DNA of 64,000 bases from Macrostomum lignano (Eukaryota), in contig NIVC01000442.1 of the NCBI GenBank assembly GCA_002269645.1, positions 1 through 64,000 on the forward strand, written 5' to 3'. This document shows positions 12,301 to 30,140 of this stretch, piece after piece (positions within the stretch are counted from its first letter, which is position 1; each line of letters begins with the position of its first letter). The position numbers were made by a program, and so were the translations under genes. The notes under the pieces are model-generated. The model worked only from the letters and a program-made list of their open reading frames with translations, searched no databases and was not told the DNA's origin.

Positions 12301-15300
12301 CAATGGTGCTTTATTAGTATCCCGGAACTGTGCACTCGGCCATAGACAATAAAGCAATGACCCTTTATTATCGCGGAACTGTGCACTCGGCCATAGACAA
12401 TAAAGCAATGACCCTTTATTATCACGGAACTGTGCACTCGGCCATAGACAATAAAGCAATGACCCTTTATTATCGCGGAACTGTGCACTCGGCCATAGAC
12501 AATAAAGCCATGACCCTTTATTATCGCGGAACTGTGCACTCTGCCATAGACAATAAAGCCATGACCCTTTATTATCGCGGAACTGTGCACTCGGCCATAG
12601 ACAATAAAGCAATGACCCTTTATTATCGCGGAACTGTGCACTCGGCCATAGACAATAAAGCAATGACCCTTTATTATCGCGGAACTGTGCACTCGGCCAT
12701 AGACAATAAAGCAATGACCCTTTATTATCGCGGAACTGTGCACTCGGCCATAGACAATAAAGCCATGACCCTTTATAATCGCGGAACTGTGCACTCTGCC
12801 ATAGACAATAAAGCCATGATACTCTCCATGATACAAATGATGCTCTCCCACAGACTGCAGGCCAAGCCAAGCTGTTCAAGGCTCTCCTCTCAGGTTAAAA
12901 GACAATCAAGTAGAGAATTTTAAAGCAAGCATTCTGGCCGCAGAACTTCATGCTGCCAATTTTGGTGCGTGGGGCACACGAACTTCACAAAGGTGGCATC
13001 AATCTTATTCGACTACAGAAGAAACATTCCAGACTGGGATCATATGATACAGAGCAAAATCTGTCCAGATTAAACCTGAAAAAGAGAAAATTTATTCGGT
13101 CACTCACGTGTTCACCCTCGGATTTGACTTTGTAGCGAGGCAAAATTCTAAACTGGGCATTCTTGGAGTTGTACTCGTGTAGGGACAGCTGAAAATAGTG
13201 GAGGTTCTCGCTTTTTGTAACTCTCATTTAGGAGCAATAAAATACAGTAAAGTCAACCCACTCACCAGCATGTTATTCTTGTCGTGCTGACTTGTATGGT
13301 TGGTGTTCACGTGGACATATTTGCCGGTGAACACGTGCTTCAGCTGCAATTCGAATGTGCAGTGGTTTAGCGTTCTGGTTCAAGTAGCAAGTCAGTAGCC
13401 TTACTGCTTCCAGACTAATTGATTTATGCGATTCTATCATCGCAAATACCTGATGACTGAGAAAGTTGCACAGTTCTGATTAAAATACAACTGCATAACA
13501 CATTTTTCTAATGAAAAGTGCATTAACTCGTCGAATTAGGAATCGCCTACTTATTAATGCGATACACGAATTCTTAAAGTTTTTGATGATTTGAGAATTT
13601 CTTTTGACGAATGGTTGAAATTGATAAACATAAATTAAAAATTCTGCGAAAAAGATGCAAGAACTCAGACTCAAAGCTACCTGAACAATCTCAGTGAGCT
13701 CAGACTCAAAGCTACCTGAACAATCTCAGTGAACTCAGACTCAAAGTTACCTGAACAATCTCAGTGAACTCAGACTCAAAGCTACCTGAACAATCTCAGT
13801 GAACTCAGACTCAAAGCTACCTGAACAATATCAGTGAACTCAGACTCAAAGCTACCTGAACAATCTCAGTGAACTCAGACTCAAAGCTAGCTGAACAATC
13901 TCAGTGAACTCAGACTCAAAGCTACCTGAACAATCTCAGTGAGCTCAGACTCAAAGCTACCTGAACAATCTCAGTGAACTCAGACTCAAAGCTACCTGAA
14001 CAATATCAGTGAACTCAGACTCAAAGCTACCTGAACAATCTCAGTGAACTCAGACTCAAAGCTACCTGAACAATCTCAGTGAACTCAGACTCAAAGCTAG
14101 CTGAACAATCTCAGTGAACTCAGACTCAAAGCTAGCTGAACAATCTCAGTGAACTCAGACTCAAAGCTAGCTGAACAATCTCAGTGAACTCAGACTCAAA
14201 GCTACCTGAACAATCTCAGTGAACTCAGACTCAAAGCTACCTGAACAATCTCAGTGAACTCAGACTCAAAGCTACCTGAACAATCTCAGTGAACTCAGAC
14301 TCAAAGCTACCTGAACAATCTCAGTGAGCTCAGACTCAAAGCTACCTGAACAATCTCAGTGAACTCAGACTCAAAGCTACCTGAACAATCTCAGTGAACT
14401 CAGACTCAAAGCTAGCTGAACAATCTCAGTGAACTCAGACTCAAAGCTACCTGAACAATCTCAGTGAACTCAGACTCAAAGCTAGCTGAACAATATCAGT
14501 GAACTCAGACTCAAAGCTACCTGAACAATCTCAGTGAACTCAGACTCAAAGCTAGCTGAACAATCTCAGTGAACTCAGACTCAAAGCTACCTGAACAATC
14601 TCAGTGAACTCAGACTCAAAGCTACCTGAACAATCTCAGTGAACTCAGACTCAAAGCTAGCTGAACAATCTCAGTGAACTCAGACTCAAAGCTACCTGAA
14701 CAATCTCAGTGAACTCAGACTCAAAGCTAGCTGAACAATCTCAGTGAACTCAGACTCAAAGCTACCTGAACAATCTCAGTGAGCTCAGACTCAAAGCTAC
14801 CTGAACAATCTCAGTGAACTCAGACTCAAAGCTACCTGAACAATATCAGTGAACTCAGACTCAAAGCTACCTGAACAATCTCAGTGAACTCAGACTCAAA
14901 GCTAGTTGAACAATCTCAGTGAACTCAGACTCAAAGCTACCTGAACAATCTCAGTGAACTCAGACTCAAAGCTACCTGAACAATCTCAGTGAACTCAGAT
15001 TCAAAGCTACCTGAACAATCTCAGTGAACTCAGACTCAAAGCTACCTGAACAATCTCAGTGAACTCAGACTCAAAGCTAGCTGAACAATCTCAGTGAACT
15101 CAGACTCAAAGCTACCTGAACAATATCAGTGAACTCAGACTCAAAGCTACCTGAACAATCTCAGTGAGCTCAGATTCAAAGCTACCTGAACAATCTCAGT
15201 GAACTCAGACTCAAAGCTAGCTGAACAATCTCAGTGAACTCAGACTCAAAGCTACCTGAACAATCTCAGTGAACTCAGACTCAAAGCTACCTGAACAATA

Positions 15301-17344
15301 TCAGTGAACTCAGACTCAAAGCTACCTGAACAATATCAGTGAACTCAGACTCAAAGCTACCTGAACAATCTCCCCGTAGCGAACCCTCTTGCCGAGGTTC
15401 CGGCGCTGCTCGGCCATATTGTCCACATTCTCAGCTGAGGCGGCATTCCTTGCCTGCTCAATGTGCAGCCTCAGGTCGAAATCGTTCTCAGCAATTTGCT
15501 GCTCCGGCTGCTCCGGCTGCGTTAACGGGGAAGTTTCAGTTGTCTGCTGCTGCTGCGGCTGCTGCTGGCTTGCAGCTGAAGCCGCTGCCTGCCTGTTAGA
15601 AGCAACCGCCTTGCGATATTTCTTGTCCAACTTGTACCGGTTCTGGATGCACACTTGGAACAGCAGCACTGCATTTTCAATGGAGAAGTAGTGGGTGAGT
15701 GGGTGGATTCCCTGTCCCCAGCAGCTGTAGCCCCTCTATCAAATGCCCGGCATCGCCCACTAATAGGAAAATGCACATGCTATTTGGGGCATGCTGACTT
15801 ACCCTGAGGATCTGGGATATTGACTGGCCGGTCTCTATGGCAACTGTGGTACACAAATAGTCCATTGAAAGCGGCGCTGCAAAGTATCCGTTGGAGGCGG
15901 TTTATGGCATTGTTTAACCGTTCATAGAAGCAGACTTATTTGAGTAGTTAAAGAGTTTTGCTCAAATCTTTTTTAGATTCTTTCAGATCCTTAGCAATTA
16001 TAAAATAATTAACGTAAATTCTAAAGTAAGATTTTGCATGTGTCTAGAAATGAGATGAAGGTCTGATAATTCTGGATTGTGACGGATCATTTTAGATTGT
16101 GACTGATAATTCTGGATTGTGACGGATCATTTTAGATTGTGACTGATCATTTTAGATTGTGACTGATCATTCTGGATTGTGACTGATCATTTTAGATTGT
16201 GACTGATCATTTTAGATTGTGACTGATCATTCTGGATTGTGACTGATCATTTTAGATTGTGACTGATCATTCTGGATTGTGACTGATCATTTTAGATTGT
16301 GACTGATCATTCTGGATTGTGACGGATCATTTTAGATTGTGACTGATCATTTTAGATTGTGACTGATCATTCTGGATTGTGACTGATCATTTTAGATTGT
16401 GACTGATCATTCTGGATTGTGACTGATCATTTTAGATTGTGACTGATCATTCTGGATTGTGACTGATCATTTTAGATTGTGACTGATCATTTTAGATTGT
16501 GACTGATCATTTTAGATTGTGACTGATCATTTTAGATTGTGACTGATCATTCTGGATTGTGACTGATCATTTTAGATTGTGACTGATCATTTTAGATTGT
16601 GACTGATCATTTTAGATTGTGACTGATCATTTTAGATTGTGACTGATCATTCTGGATTGTGACTGATCATTTTAGATTGTGACTGATCATTTTAGATTGT
16701 GACTGATCATTTTAGATTGTGACTGATCATTTTAGATTGTGACTGATCATTTTAGATTGTGACTGATCATTCTGGATTGTGACTGATCATTTTAGATTGT
16801 GACTGATCATTCTGGATTGTGACGGATCATTTTAGATTGGCAGTATAGGTCTCAACACAGTATGATCAGGCAGCAATACAGCATGATCAGACAGCAATAC
16901 AGCATGATCAGGCAGCAATACAGTATGATCAGACAGCAATACAGTATGATCAGGCAGCAATACAGTATGATCAGACAGCAATACAGCATGATCAGGCAGC
17001 AATACAGTATGATCAGACAGCAATACAGCATGATCAGGCAGCAATACAGTATGATCAGACAGCAATACAGTATGATCAGACAGCAATACAGTATGATCAG
17101 GCAGCAATACAGTATGATCAGACAGCAATACAGTATGATCAGGCAGCAATCAGCATGATCGGGCAGCAATCATTCGCTAATCGGTGCCAGCTCACCAGGA
17201 GTTCTGCGAGAACACGTGACCGTCGGTGTCTTCACAGTAAAGCCCGATGTAGTCGCCGATGCACACGAAGCCGGAGTTCATGTCGCCCTGGCTGATGCCC
17301 GTGTCGATAGCCGCAGCTGCTGCTCCCGCTGCCGCAGACGCCAT
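331..17344 (-). CDS. ITPR: Inositol 1,4,5-trisphosphate receptor family Ca2+ release channel (divergent, IP3R-B-like), N-terminal ~925 aa; the gene continues beyond the left edge
   Basis: 19 GT-AG exons with consistent phases: 17344-17196, 15876-15803, 15668-15361, 13343-13266, 13188-13108, 12233-12127, 12026-11939, 11307-11220, 11142-10801, 10647-10559, 8796-8671, 8112-7981, 7888-7703, 6317-6195, 5822-5718, 5478-5287, 4483-4351, 4217-4099, 584-331. The translation gives IP3R hallmarks in order: suppressor domain (CIGDYIGLYCE; LFQVCIQNRY; RYGEIVQLKHVFTGKY; FRILPRYKVKSEG), MIR repeats (GGQFVQLFHKE; FRFRHATTRKYL; YARIEHVITGCWLH) and RIH domain (RQKLLRNL; RKNALYFAK; LVELMKDNRK; YLELLKVLCVC; QLDLFIALCHGRN; LPHEFRAKYC; LHYLVKFGYY). 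There is an in-frame TGA upstream of the ATG. The last exon appears frameshifted (see findings). Confidence 0.92.
701..970. repeat. 23-bp minisatellite GGGGCTAGACTTGGTCTCCGGAT (~11 copies)
   Basis: Near-perfect tandem array in an IP3R intron. Confidence 0.95.
1905..4055. repeat. 21-bp minisatellite TGTGATTGTGTCTCTATCCTC (~100 copies)
   Basis: The array is the source of the spurious CDCVSIL / VIVSLSS ORFs. Confidence 0.97.
4645..5281. repeat. 24/30-bp minisatellite CAGCATGCCATGCGTCATCCACTA
   Basis: Tandem array whose last degenerate unit runs into the splice donor at 5286. Confidence 0.93.
7290..7585. repeat. G-rich ~21-bp minisatellite GGTGTTGGGGTGGTGGGGGCT
   Basis: About 14 copies in an IP3R intron. 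Confidence 0.92.
8290..8525. repeat. Degenerate ~34-bp repeat TAATTAGAGATCCCATTATCCAGGTATTAATCCC
   Basis: About 7 diverged copies. Confidence 0.8.
8955..10485. repeat. 16-bp minisatellite TTGGTGAAGTTTA(GGA/ATA/GTA) (~95 copies)
   Basis: Tandem array with a recurring block order of variants. Confidence 0.96.
12250..12830. repeat. 51-bp minisatellite (~11 copies)
   Basis: Unit CGGAACTGTGCACTCGGCCATAGACAATAAAGCAATGACCCTTTATTATCG; it starts ~15 nt from the acceptor at 12235. Confidence 0.95.
13662..15372. repeat. 35-bp minisatellite containing the IP3R exon-3 end and splice donor (~49 copies)
   Basis: On the minus strand the unit is GTAGCTTTGAGTCTGAGTTCACTGAGATTGTTCAG. Its last 12 nt are identical to the exon end GAGATTGTTCAG. 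Confidence 0.96.
16065..17170. repeat. Two abutting minisatellites: 20-bp GATTGTGACTGATCATTTTA (16065-16840) and 21-bp CAGCAATACAGTATGATCAG(A/G) (16845-17170)
   Basis: Both are in IP3R intron 1 and share a TGATCA core. Confidence 0.94.
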
Positions 17345-17711
17345 AGGCTCTTGAGTCTGAGCAGCTCAAACTGAAGTGGGAGTTCACTGGCCGCTTCCCT
17401 CCGATCCCTGATTGGACCGATCTCTGTCGGAGCAGAGAGAAAAACAGGCAGTTTGAGATGAAGTCTATAAGACAACAATGGAACTCGAATCTCTTCTTTG
17501 ACACGCCGGTCTGTCTGCTACTGCTTCACTTCTTTAACTTGAAATGGTTTCTTCTCTTTCTGTCCTCTCCCACCGTCCTTGCGTAGTTTTTGCTTTACAT
17601 TAGCCAGCCAGGGCATTGGCTTGCTGGGGGCGCAGAGGTGGGCGCGGCCTTGTCAGGCTCGGCATGTTGGGTGGGGCAAAGCGCTGGAGGACGGCAGGCC
17701 GTACAGCTCAC

Positions 17712-17762
17712 CTGGATGCTGGGTGCCATATTAAGAGATTTACAGGCAATAGGAAAGAGTAG

Positions 17763-17803
<41 letters not shown>

Positions 17804-17870
17804 GGAAAGAGAAAACGGCTGATTTCAATTTTTGACAGCCAGCTGCAGCAGCCAGCCAACAAGCTGCGTT
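17712..17870 (-). other. Probable non-coding 5' UTR exon of the IP3R gene, with an adjacent (TC)n/(GA)n tract
   Basis: Donor CCAG|GTGAG at 17712/17711 pairs with a polypyrimidine-CAG acceptor at 17425/17424 upstream of the first coding exon. (GA)n lies at ~17760-17810. The upstream boundary is approximate. Confidence 0.4.
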
Positions 17871-17989
17871 CTCTGCACAGAGTCACAGGGCCCTGTAGCC
17901 TAACCTGCCTTCTCACTCAGTCCAAACTGAGTTTCCCCTCTCTCTCCCGGTCTACTGAGACGCCTTTCCCGACTCTCTTCGGCTTGTCA

Positions 17990-19075
17990 AATTGGTGAAC
18001 AGTGACACCGATGGGACAAGCTAGTCCAACCGTATCAACTTGGTGAACAGATGGGACAAGCTAGTCCAACCGTGTCAAATTGGTGAACAGATGGGACAAG
18101 CTAGTCCAACCGTATCAACTTGGTGAACAGATGGGACAAGCTAGTCCAACCGTGTCAAATTGGTAAACAGATGGGACAAGCTAGTCCAACCGTGTCAAAT
18201 TGGTGAACAGATGGGACAAGCTAGTCCAACCGTGTCAAATTGGTGAACAGATGGGACAAGCTAGTCCAACCGTATCAACTTGGTGAACAGATGGGACAAG
18301 CTAGTCCAACCGTGTCAAATTGGTGAACAGATGGGACAAGCTAGTCCAACCGTATCAAATTGGTGAACAGATGGGACAAGCTAGTTCAACCGTATCAAAT
18401 TGGTGAACAGATGGGACAAGCTAGTCCAACCGTATCAACTTGGTGAACAGATGGGACAAGCTAGTCCAACCGTATCAAATTGGTGAACAGATGGGACAAG
18501 CTAGTCCAACCGTATCAAATTGGTGAACAGATGGGACAAGCTAGTCCAACCGTATCAAATTGGTGAACAGATGGGACAAGCTAGTTCAACCGTATCAAAT
18601 TGGTGAACAGATGGGACAAGCTAGTCCAACCGTATCAACTTGGTGAACAGATGGGACAAGCTAGTCCAACCGTATCAAATTGGTGAACAGATGGGACAAG
18701 CTAGTCCAACCGTGTCAAATTGGTGAACAGATGGGACAAGCTAGTCCAACCGTATCAAATTGGTGAACAGATGGGACAAGCTAGTTCAACCGTATCAAAT
18801 TGGTGAACAGATGGGACAAGTTAGTCCAACCGTATCAAATTGGTGAACAGATGGGACAAGCTAGTCCAACCGTATCAACTTGGTGAACAGATGGGACAAG
18901 CTAGTCCAACCGTATCAAATTGGTGAACAGATGGGACAAGCTAGTCCAACCGTATCAAATTGGTGAACAGATGGGACAAGCTAGTCCAACCGTATCAAAT
19001 TGGTGAACAGATGGGACAAGCTAGTCCAACCGTATCAAATTGGTGAACAGTGACTCCGATGGGACAAGTTAAGCT
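17990..19075. repeat. 40-bp minisatellite GATGGGACAAGCTAGTCCAACCGTATCAAATTGGTGAACA (~26 copies)
   Basis: Intergenic array. Both ends carry a longer variant unit with GTGAC(A/T)CC inserted. Confidence 0.95.
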
Positions 19076-19424
19076 AACCAAGGACCTCTTTGAGAACGAT
19101 TTTTAAGATGCAATAGCGATGCATTAATTAATCTTCTACAATGTCGAAGACTAGGCTAGCAAGCAAAAATTACAGAGCTTATACCCTCTCCTAGTAAAAA
19201 TGATAAATTTATTGTAAAAACGGAAATTCCAATCTTGCGATACGTTTTGAAACGAAATCTGAAATTTTTGGTCATTATAGGAAAAAACGATTTAACTTGA
19301 AGCAAGAACTGCAGAACTCTCAGGAATTTTCGAGCGGTCGTTTGCTTCAAATCATAAAATCGGTGAGCCAGAAAACTAGGATTGTAACTAAATCTAGACA
19401 TCTATGATTTTGCAATTTAAATTC

Positions 19425-19697
19425 GAGCCATTAGGACAAGACACAGGGACAAAGCAGGTCACATCATCCGCGCCGAGTCGTACTGCCTACAGCTGGTGCA
19501 GGAGCTGCTGTAAGAGTCCATTAGGACAAGACACAGGGACAAAGCAGGTCACATCATCCGCGCCGAGTCGTACTGCCTACAGCTGGTGCAGGAGCTGCTG
19601 TAAGAGTCCATTAGGACAAGACACAGGGACAAAGCAGGTCACATCATCCGCGCCGAGTCGTACTGCCTACAGCTGGTGCAGGAGCTGCTGTAAGAGT
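19425..19697. repeat. Three exact 90-bp direct repeats
   Basis: CCATTAGGACAAGACACAGGG...GGAGCTGCTGTAAGAGT occurs three times. Confidence 0.92.
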
Positions 19698-20564
19698 TCG
19701 ACGTTGGAGACTCAACTGAATTTAACTGAAGAATCAACAGCGTCCACGAAGGTCGAGACATTTAGCAATCCCCTTGAAGTGGTCAGATATTCAGTGCTCT
19801 TCGAAGTGACAAAAAGTGTCAAGAAAGGTTGAGCATACAATAATCCCAATGGAGCTGCTATCCACAATATTCTAGCTTTATATAGCAAATTTCGCTCCCA
19901 AGAGCCTAAGGAAGGGTTTGAACTCATGGGAGAGGAAGTCTGAGAGAAGTTGCTGTCTGACTTTTCAATGTTGCCGAGTATATTACAATGAAAAATGGTC
20001 AATGAAGAATTCCCCTCACCCCGTGGGCATCTCCCTCCACAGAATTCCCCTTACCCCCTGAGAATCTTCCTTCAAGCTCAAAGCCCAAGTTTTTCTGCAA
20101 ACTTAGTATTAGCATGCCCAGTAACTACCTGGCTATTTCCAACTTCATTATCTCTCAAAAGCATAAGCCCAGTCTCAATAGAAATTATAGAGGCTGGCTA
20201 CCGTGCAGCTCTCATACAGAAGACGCTTACCGAACCGACTGAGCTACTGGCAGTTTGCCGCGGTTCATTTTCCAACAAAAGCATTCTACTCAATTCTTGT
20301 AACCTTAAGAGAGAGAGAGAGAGAGAGAGGGGGAATGAAGATACCTGTTCTGCAACTGGCGAACATAACAAGTTGGAGCAGCTGCCGATGAAAAGAGAGT
20401 GCTAGAGGCCTTGGGTATCTCTCAGCCTCAGTGCTTTTTTCACAGTAGGCGCGTTTAACTATATACAGCACTGCGAAACAGTGTTGGCTATGACTGAATG
20501 AGAAAAAATAATAATTAAAAGGTGAAACCTTATCTTATCAGAGGTATTGGAAGTATAGAAGGAA

Positions 20565-22800
20565 TCGGGAGTAGCGGCCCTCATCAAAGGAATCAGTAGT
20601 AGCGGCCCTCAAAGGAATCGGGAGTAGCGGCCCTCAAAGGAATCGGGAGTAGCGGGCCTCATCAAAGGAATCAGTAGTAGCGGCCCTCAAAGGAATCGGG
20701 AGTAGCGGCCCTCAAAGGAATCGGGAGTAGCGGGCCTCAAAGGAATCGGGAGTAGCGGCCCTCAAAGGAATCGGGAGTAGCGGGCCACATCAAAGGAATC
20801 AGTAGTAGCGGCCCTCAAAGGAATCGGGAGTAGCGGCCCTCAAAGGAATCGGGAGTAGCGGGCCACATCAAAGGAATCAGTAGTAGCGGCCCTCAAAGGA
20901 ATCGGGAGTAGCGGCCCTCAAAGGAATCGGGAGTAGCGGCCCTCAAAGGAATCGGGAGTAGCGGCCCTCAAAGGAATCGGGAGTAGCGGCCCTCAAAGGA
21001 ATCGGGAGTAGCGGCCCTCAAAGGAATCGGGAGTAGCGGCCCTCAAAGGAATCGGGAGTAGCGGCCCTCAAAGGAATCGGGAGTAGCGGCCCTCAAAGGA
21101 ATCGGGAGTAGCGGCCCTCAAAGGAATCGGGAGTAGCGGGCCACATCAAAGGAATCAGTAGTAGCGGCCCTCAAAGGAATCGGGAGTAGCGGCCCTCAAA
21201 GGAATCGGGAGTAGCGGCCCTCAAAGGAATCGGGAGTAGCGGCCCTCAAAGGAATCGGGAGTAGCGGCCCTCAAAGGGATCGGGAGTAGCGGCCCTCAAA
21301 GGAATCGGGAGTAGCGGCCCTCAAAGGAATCGGGAGTAGCGGGCCACATCAAAGGAATCAGTAGTAGCGGCCCTCAAAGGAATCGGGAGTAGCGGCCCTC
21401 AAAGGAATCGGGAGTAGCGGCCCTCAAAGGAATCGGGAGTAGCGGCCCTCAAAGGAATCGGGAGTAGCGGCCCTCAAAGGAATCGGGAGTAGCGGCCCTC
21501 AAAGGAATCGGGAGTAGCGGGCCACATCAAAGGAATCAGTAGTAGCGGCCCTCAAAGGAATCGGGAGTAGCGGCCCTCAAAGGAATCGGGAGTAGCGGCC
21601 CTCAAAGGAATCGGGAGTAGCGGCCCTCAAAGGAATCGGGAGTAGCGGCCCTCAAAGGGATCGGGAGTAGCGGCCCTCAAAGGAATCGGGAGTAGCGGCC
21701 CTCAAAGGAATCGGGAGTAGCGGGCCACATCAAAGGAATCAGTAGTAGCGGCCCTCAAAGGAATCGGGAGTAGCGGCCCTCAAAGGAATCGGGAGTAGCG
21801 GCCCTCAAAGGAATCGGGAGTAGCGGCCCTCAAAGGAATCGGGAGTAGCGGCCCTCAAAGGAATCGGGAGTAGCGGGCCACATCAAAGGAATCAGTAGTA
21901 GCGGCCCTCAAAGGAATCGGGAGTAGCGGCCCTCAAAGGAATCGGGAGTAGCGGCCCTCAAAGGAATCGGGAGTAGCGGCCCTCAAAGGAATCGGGAGTA
22001 GCGGCCCTCAAAGGAATCGGGAGTAGCGGCCCTCAAAGGAATCGGGAGTAGCGGCCCTCAAAGGAATCGGGAGTAGCGGCCCTCAAAGGAATCGGGAGTA
22101 GCGGCCCTCAAAGGAATCGGGAGTAGCGGCCCTCAAAGGAATCGGGAGTAGCGGCCCTCAAAGGAATCGGGAGTAGCGGCCCTCAAAGGAATCGGGAGTA
22201 GCGGCCCTCAAAGGAATCGGGAGTAGCGGCCCTCAAAGGAATCGGGAGTAGCGGCCCTCAAAGGAATCGGGAGTAGCGGCCCTCAAAGGAATCGGGAGTA
22301 GCGGCCCTCAAAGGAATCGGGAGTAGCGGCCCTCAAAGGAATCGGGAGTAGCGGCCCTCAAAGGAATCGGGAGTAGCGGGCCACATCAAAGGAATCAGTA
22401 GTAGCGGCCCTCAAAGGAATCGGGAGTAGCGGGCCACATCAAAGGAATCAGTAGTAGCGGCCCTCAAAGGAATCGGGAGTAGCGGGCCACATCAAAGGAA
22501 TCAGTAGTAGCGGCCCTCAAAGGAATCGGGAGTAGCGGGCCACATCAAAGGAATCAGTAGTAGCGGCCCTCAAAGGAATCGGGAGTAGCGGCCCTCAAAG
22601 GAATCGGGAGTAGCGGGCCACATCAAAGGAATCAGTAGTAGCGGCCCTCAAAGGAATCGGGAGTAGCGGCCCTCAAAGGAATCGGGAGTAGCGGCCCTCA
22701 AAGGAATCGGGAGTAGCGGGCCACATCAAAGGGATCAGTAGTAGCGGCCCTCATCAAAGGAATCGAGAGTAGTGGGCCACATCAAAGGCATCGGGAGTAG
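20565..22800. repeat. 25/28-bp minisatellite AAAGGAATCGGGAGTAGCGGCCCTC with higher-order variants (~85 copies)
   Basis: A recurring pair of a GGGCCACATC unit and a CAGTAGTAG unit punctuates runs of the basic unit. Confidence 0.96.
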
Positions 22801-23541
22801 CGCCAATTAAATTTGTGAGCTCAATTGAGCTAAATAACGTTTATAGAATGGAAGAAAATTATGAAAATAATTTATTGAACACTATCTAATACAAATCGCT
22901 GGGATAAAAACATGTTAGACCGACAGTTTTCCATGAAAGCATTGATTGGGACTGACTGAGCAGAATTTGAATCAGCCATCGGGTTATGGAAAGGCCATGA
23001 CTGCAATCAACCATAACTACTACATAAATAGACAATGCCAAGCGTGTGAATGGGTATCAGGGAGATGACGGGTGGGCATAAAATTATGAATAAATAAATC
23101 CATTGACTGATTGAGGGTTTATTTTTGACATTAATGCGTTGGTGCTGCGAGATTCTATGGCTACTATTTCTGTAGTGAGATTCTCATGAGAAAGATCGTA
23201 TATAAGGTGAGATTCTCACCGGGAAGATCTTTTCTGTCGTGGGATTCTCATGGATAAAAGTCTAAGCTGAGATGGAATGCAAGGAAGCCACCACAAGGGC
23301 AGACAGCTGTTTTAACAGGCAAAATAAACAATGGAAAGAAACAACAAATAACCGGTGAGCAATTAAAAAACGTTTGCAATTGAAAAAGTTTTGAGGAGTA
23401 ACAAGGTAGATGACGAATATTTTCCGGCTTGATTCGATCCGACAAAATGTTGAATGTTCCGAGTCAGGAAGGCATATAAAGTTTCTTGGAAACACACAGG
23501 CCAGCTACAGGTCAACAAATTTAATAAGATCTTTCAGTACT

Positions 23542-29455
<5,914 letters not shown>

Positions 29456-29789
29456 TTTCTGCATAAATTTTAGCGTTATAAATAGTGTGCAGTAAAGTTT
29501 TACTGAAGCAAGTAAAGCAAGAGAATAATGATAAAAGATGTCTCAAAGAACCGAGGATGAAAATTGTTTAAAGCACAGTCTGCACCTTGCTCGCACTGAT
29601 TATGCAATCGCAATAACCGAGTCCCTCAAGTTCGAATGCCGTCACAGCAGGCCGTTCTAACGCACTTTGAGTCCGTGACTACGTCAGAGGCACTTTCTTG
29701 GCCTGGTATACTCATTTGCGTGCACCCAGTGACAGCTGGCCCCCACGTTGGGACGGAGCAAAGAAGCTAAAAATCTTGATGAGTGATTG

Positions 29790-30140
29790 GCGCCATTTAG
29801 TTTTAATAGGCGCCACTTGGTTTGAATAGGCGCCACATAGTTTGAATAGGCGCCACTTGGTTTAAATAGGCGCCACTTAGTTTGAATAGGCGCCACTTGG
29901 TTTAAATAGGCGCCACTTAGTTTGAATAGGCGCCACTTAGTTTGAATAGGCGCCACTTGGTTTGAATAGGCGCCACTTGGTTTGAATAGGCGCCACATAG
30001 TTTGAATAGGCGCCACTTGGTTTGAATAGGCGCCACATAGTTTGAATAGGCGCCACTTAGTTTGAAACAGTGCCATTTGGCCTTAGAAAGCACTAGTGTA
30101 GTTTGAGGAGGCCCCACCTAGTTTGAATAGGCGACATTTA
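29790..30140. repeat. 20-bp minisatellite TTTGAATAGGCGCCACTTGG
   Basis: About 14 copies with degenerate ends. Confidence 0.92.

Noticed and set aside
19700-20405. Coding-like ORFs at 19712-20002 (-) and 19995-20405 (+)
   Set aside because: I found no recognisable motif, stops occur in all continuations, and there is no consistent splice path. It may be a decayed transposase, and a tBLASTx search would decide.
13662-22800. Regularly spaced 25-40-bp repeats resembling CRISPR arrays
   Set aside because: There are no unique spacers and no cas genes, and the context is a eukaryotic spliced gene.
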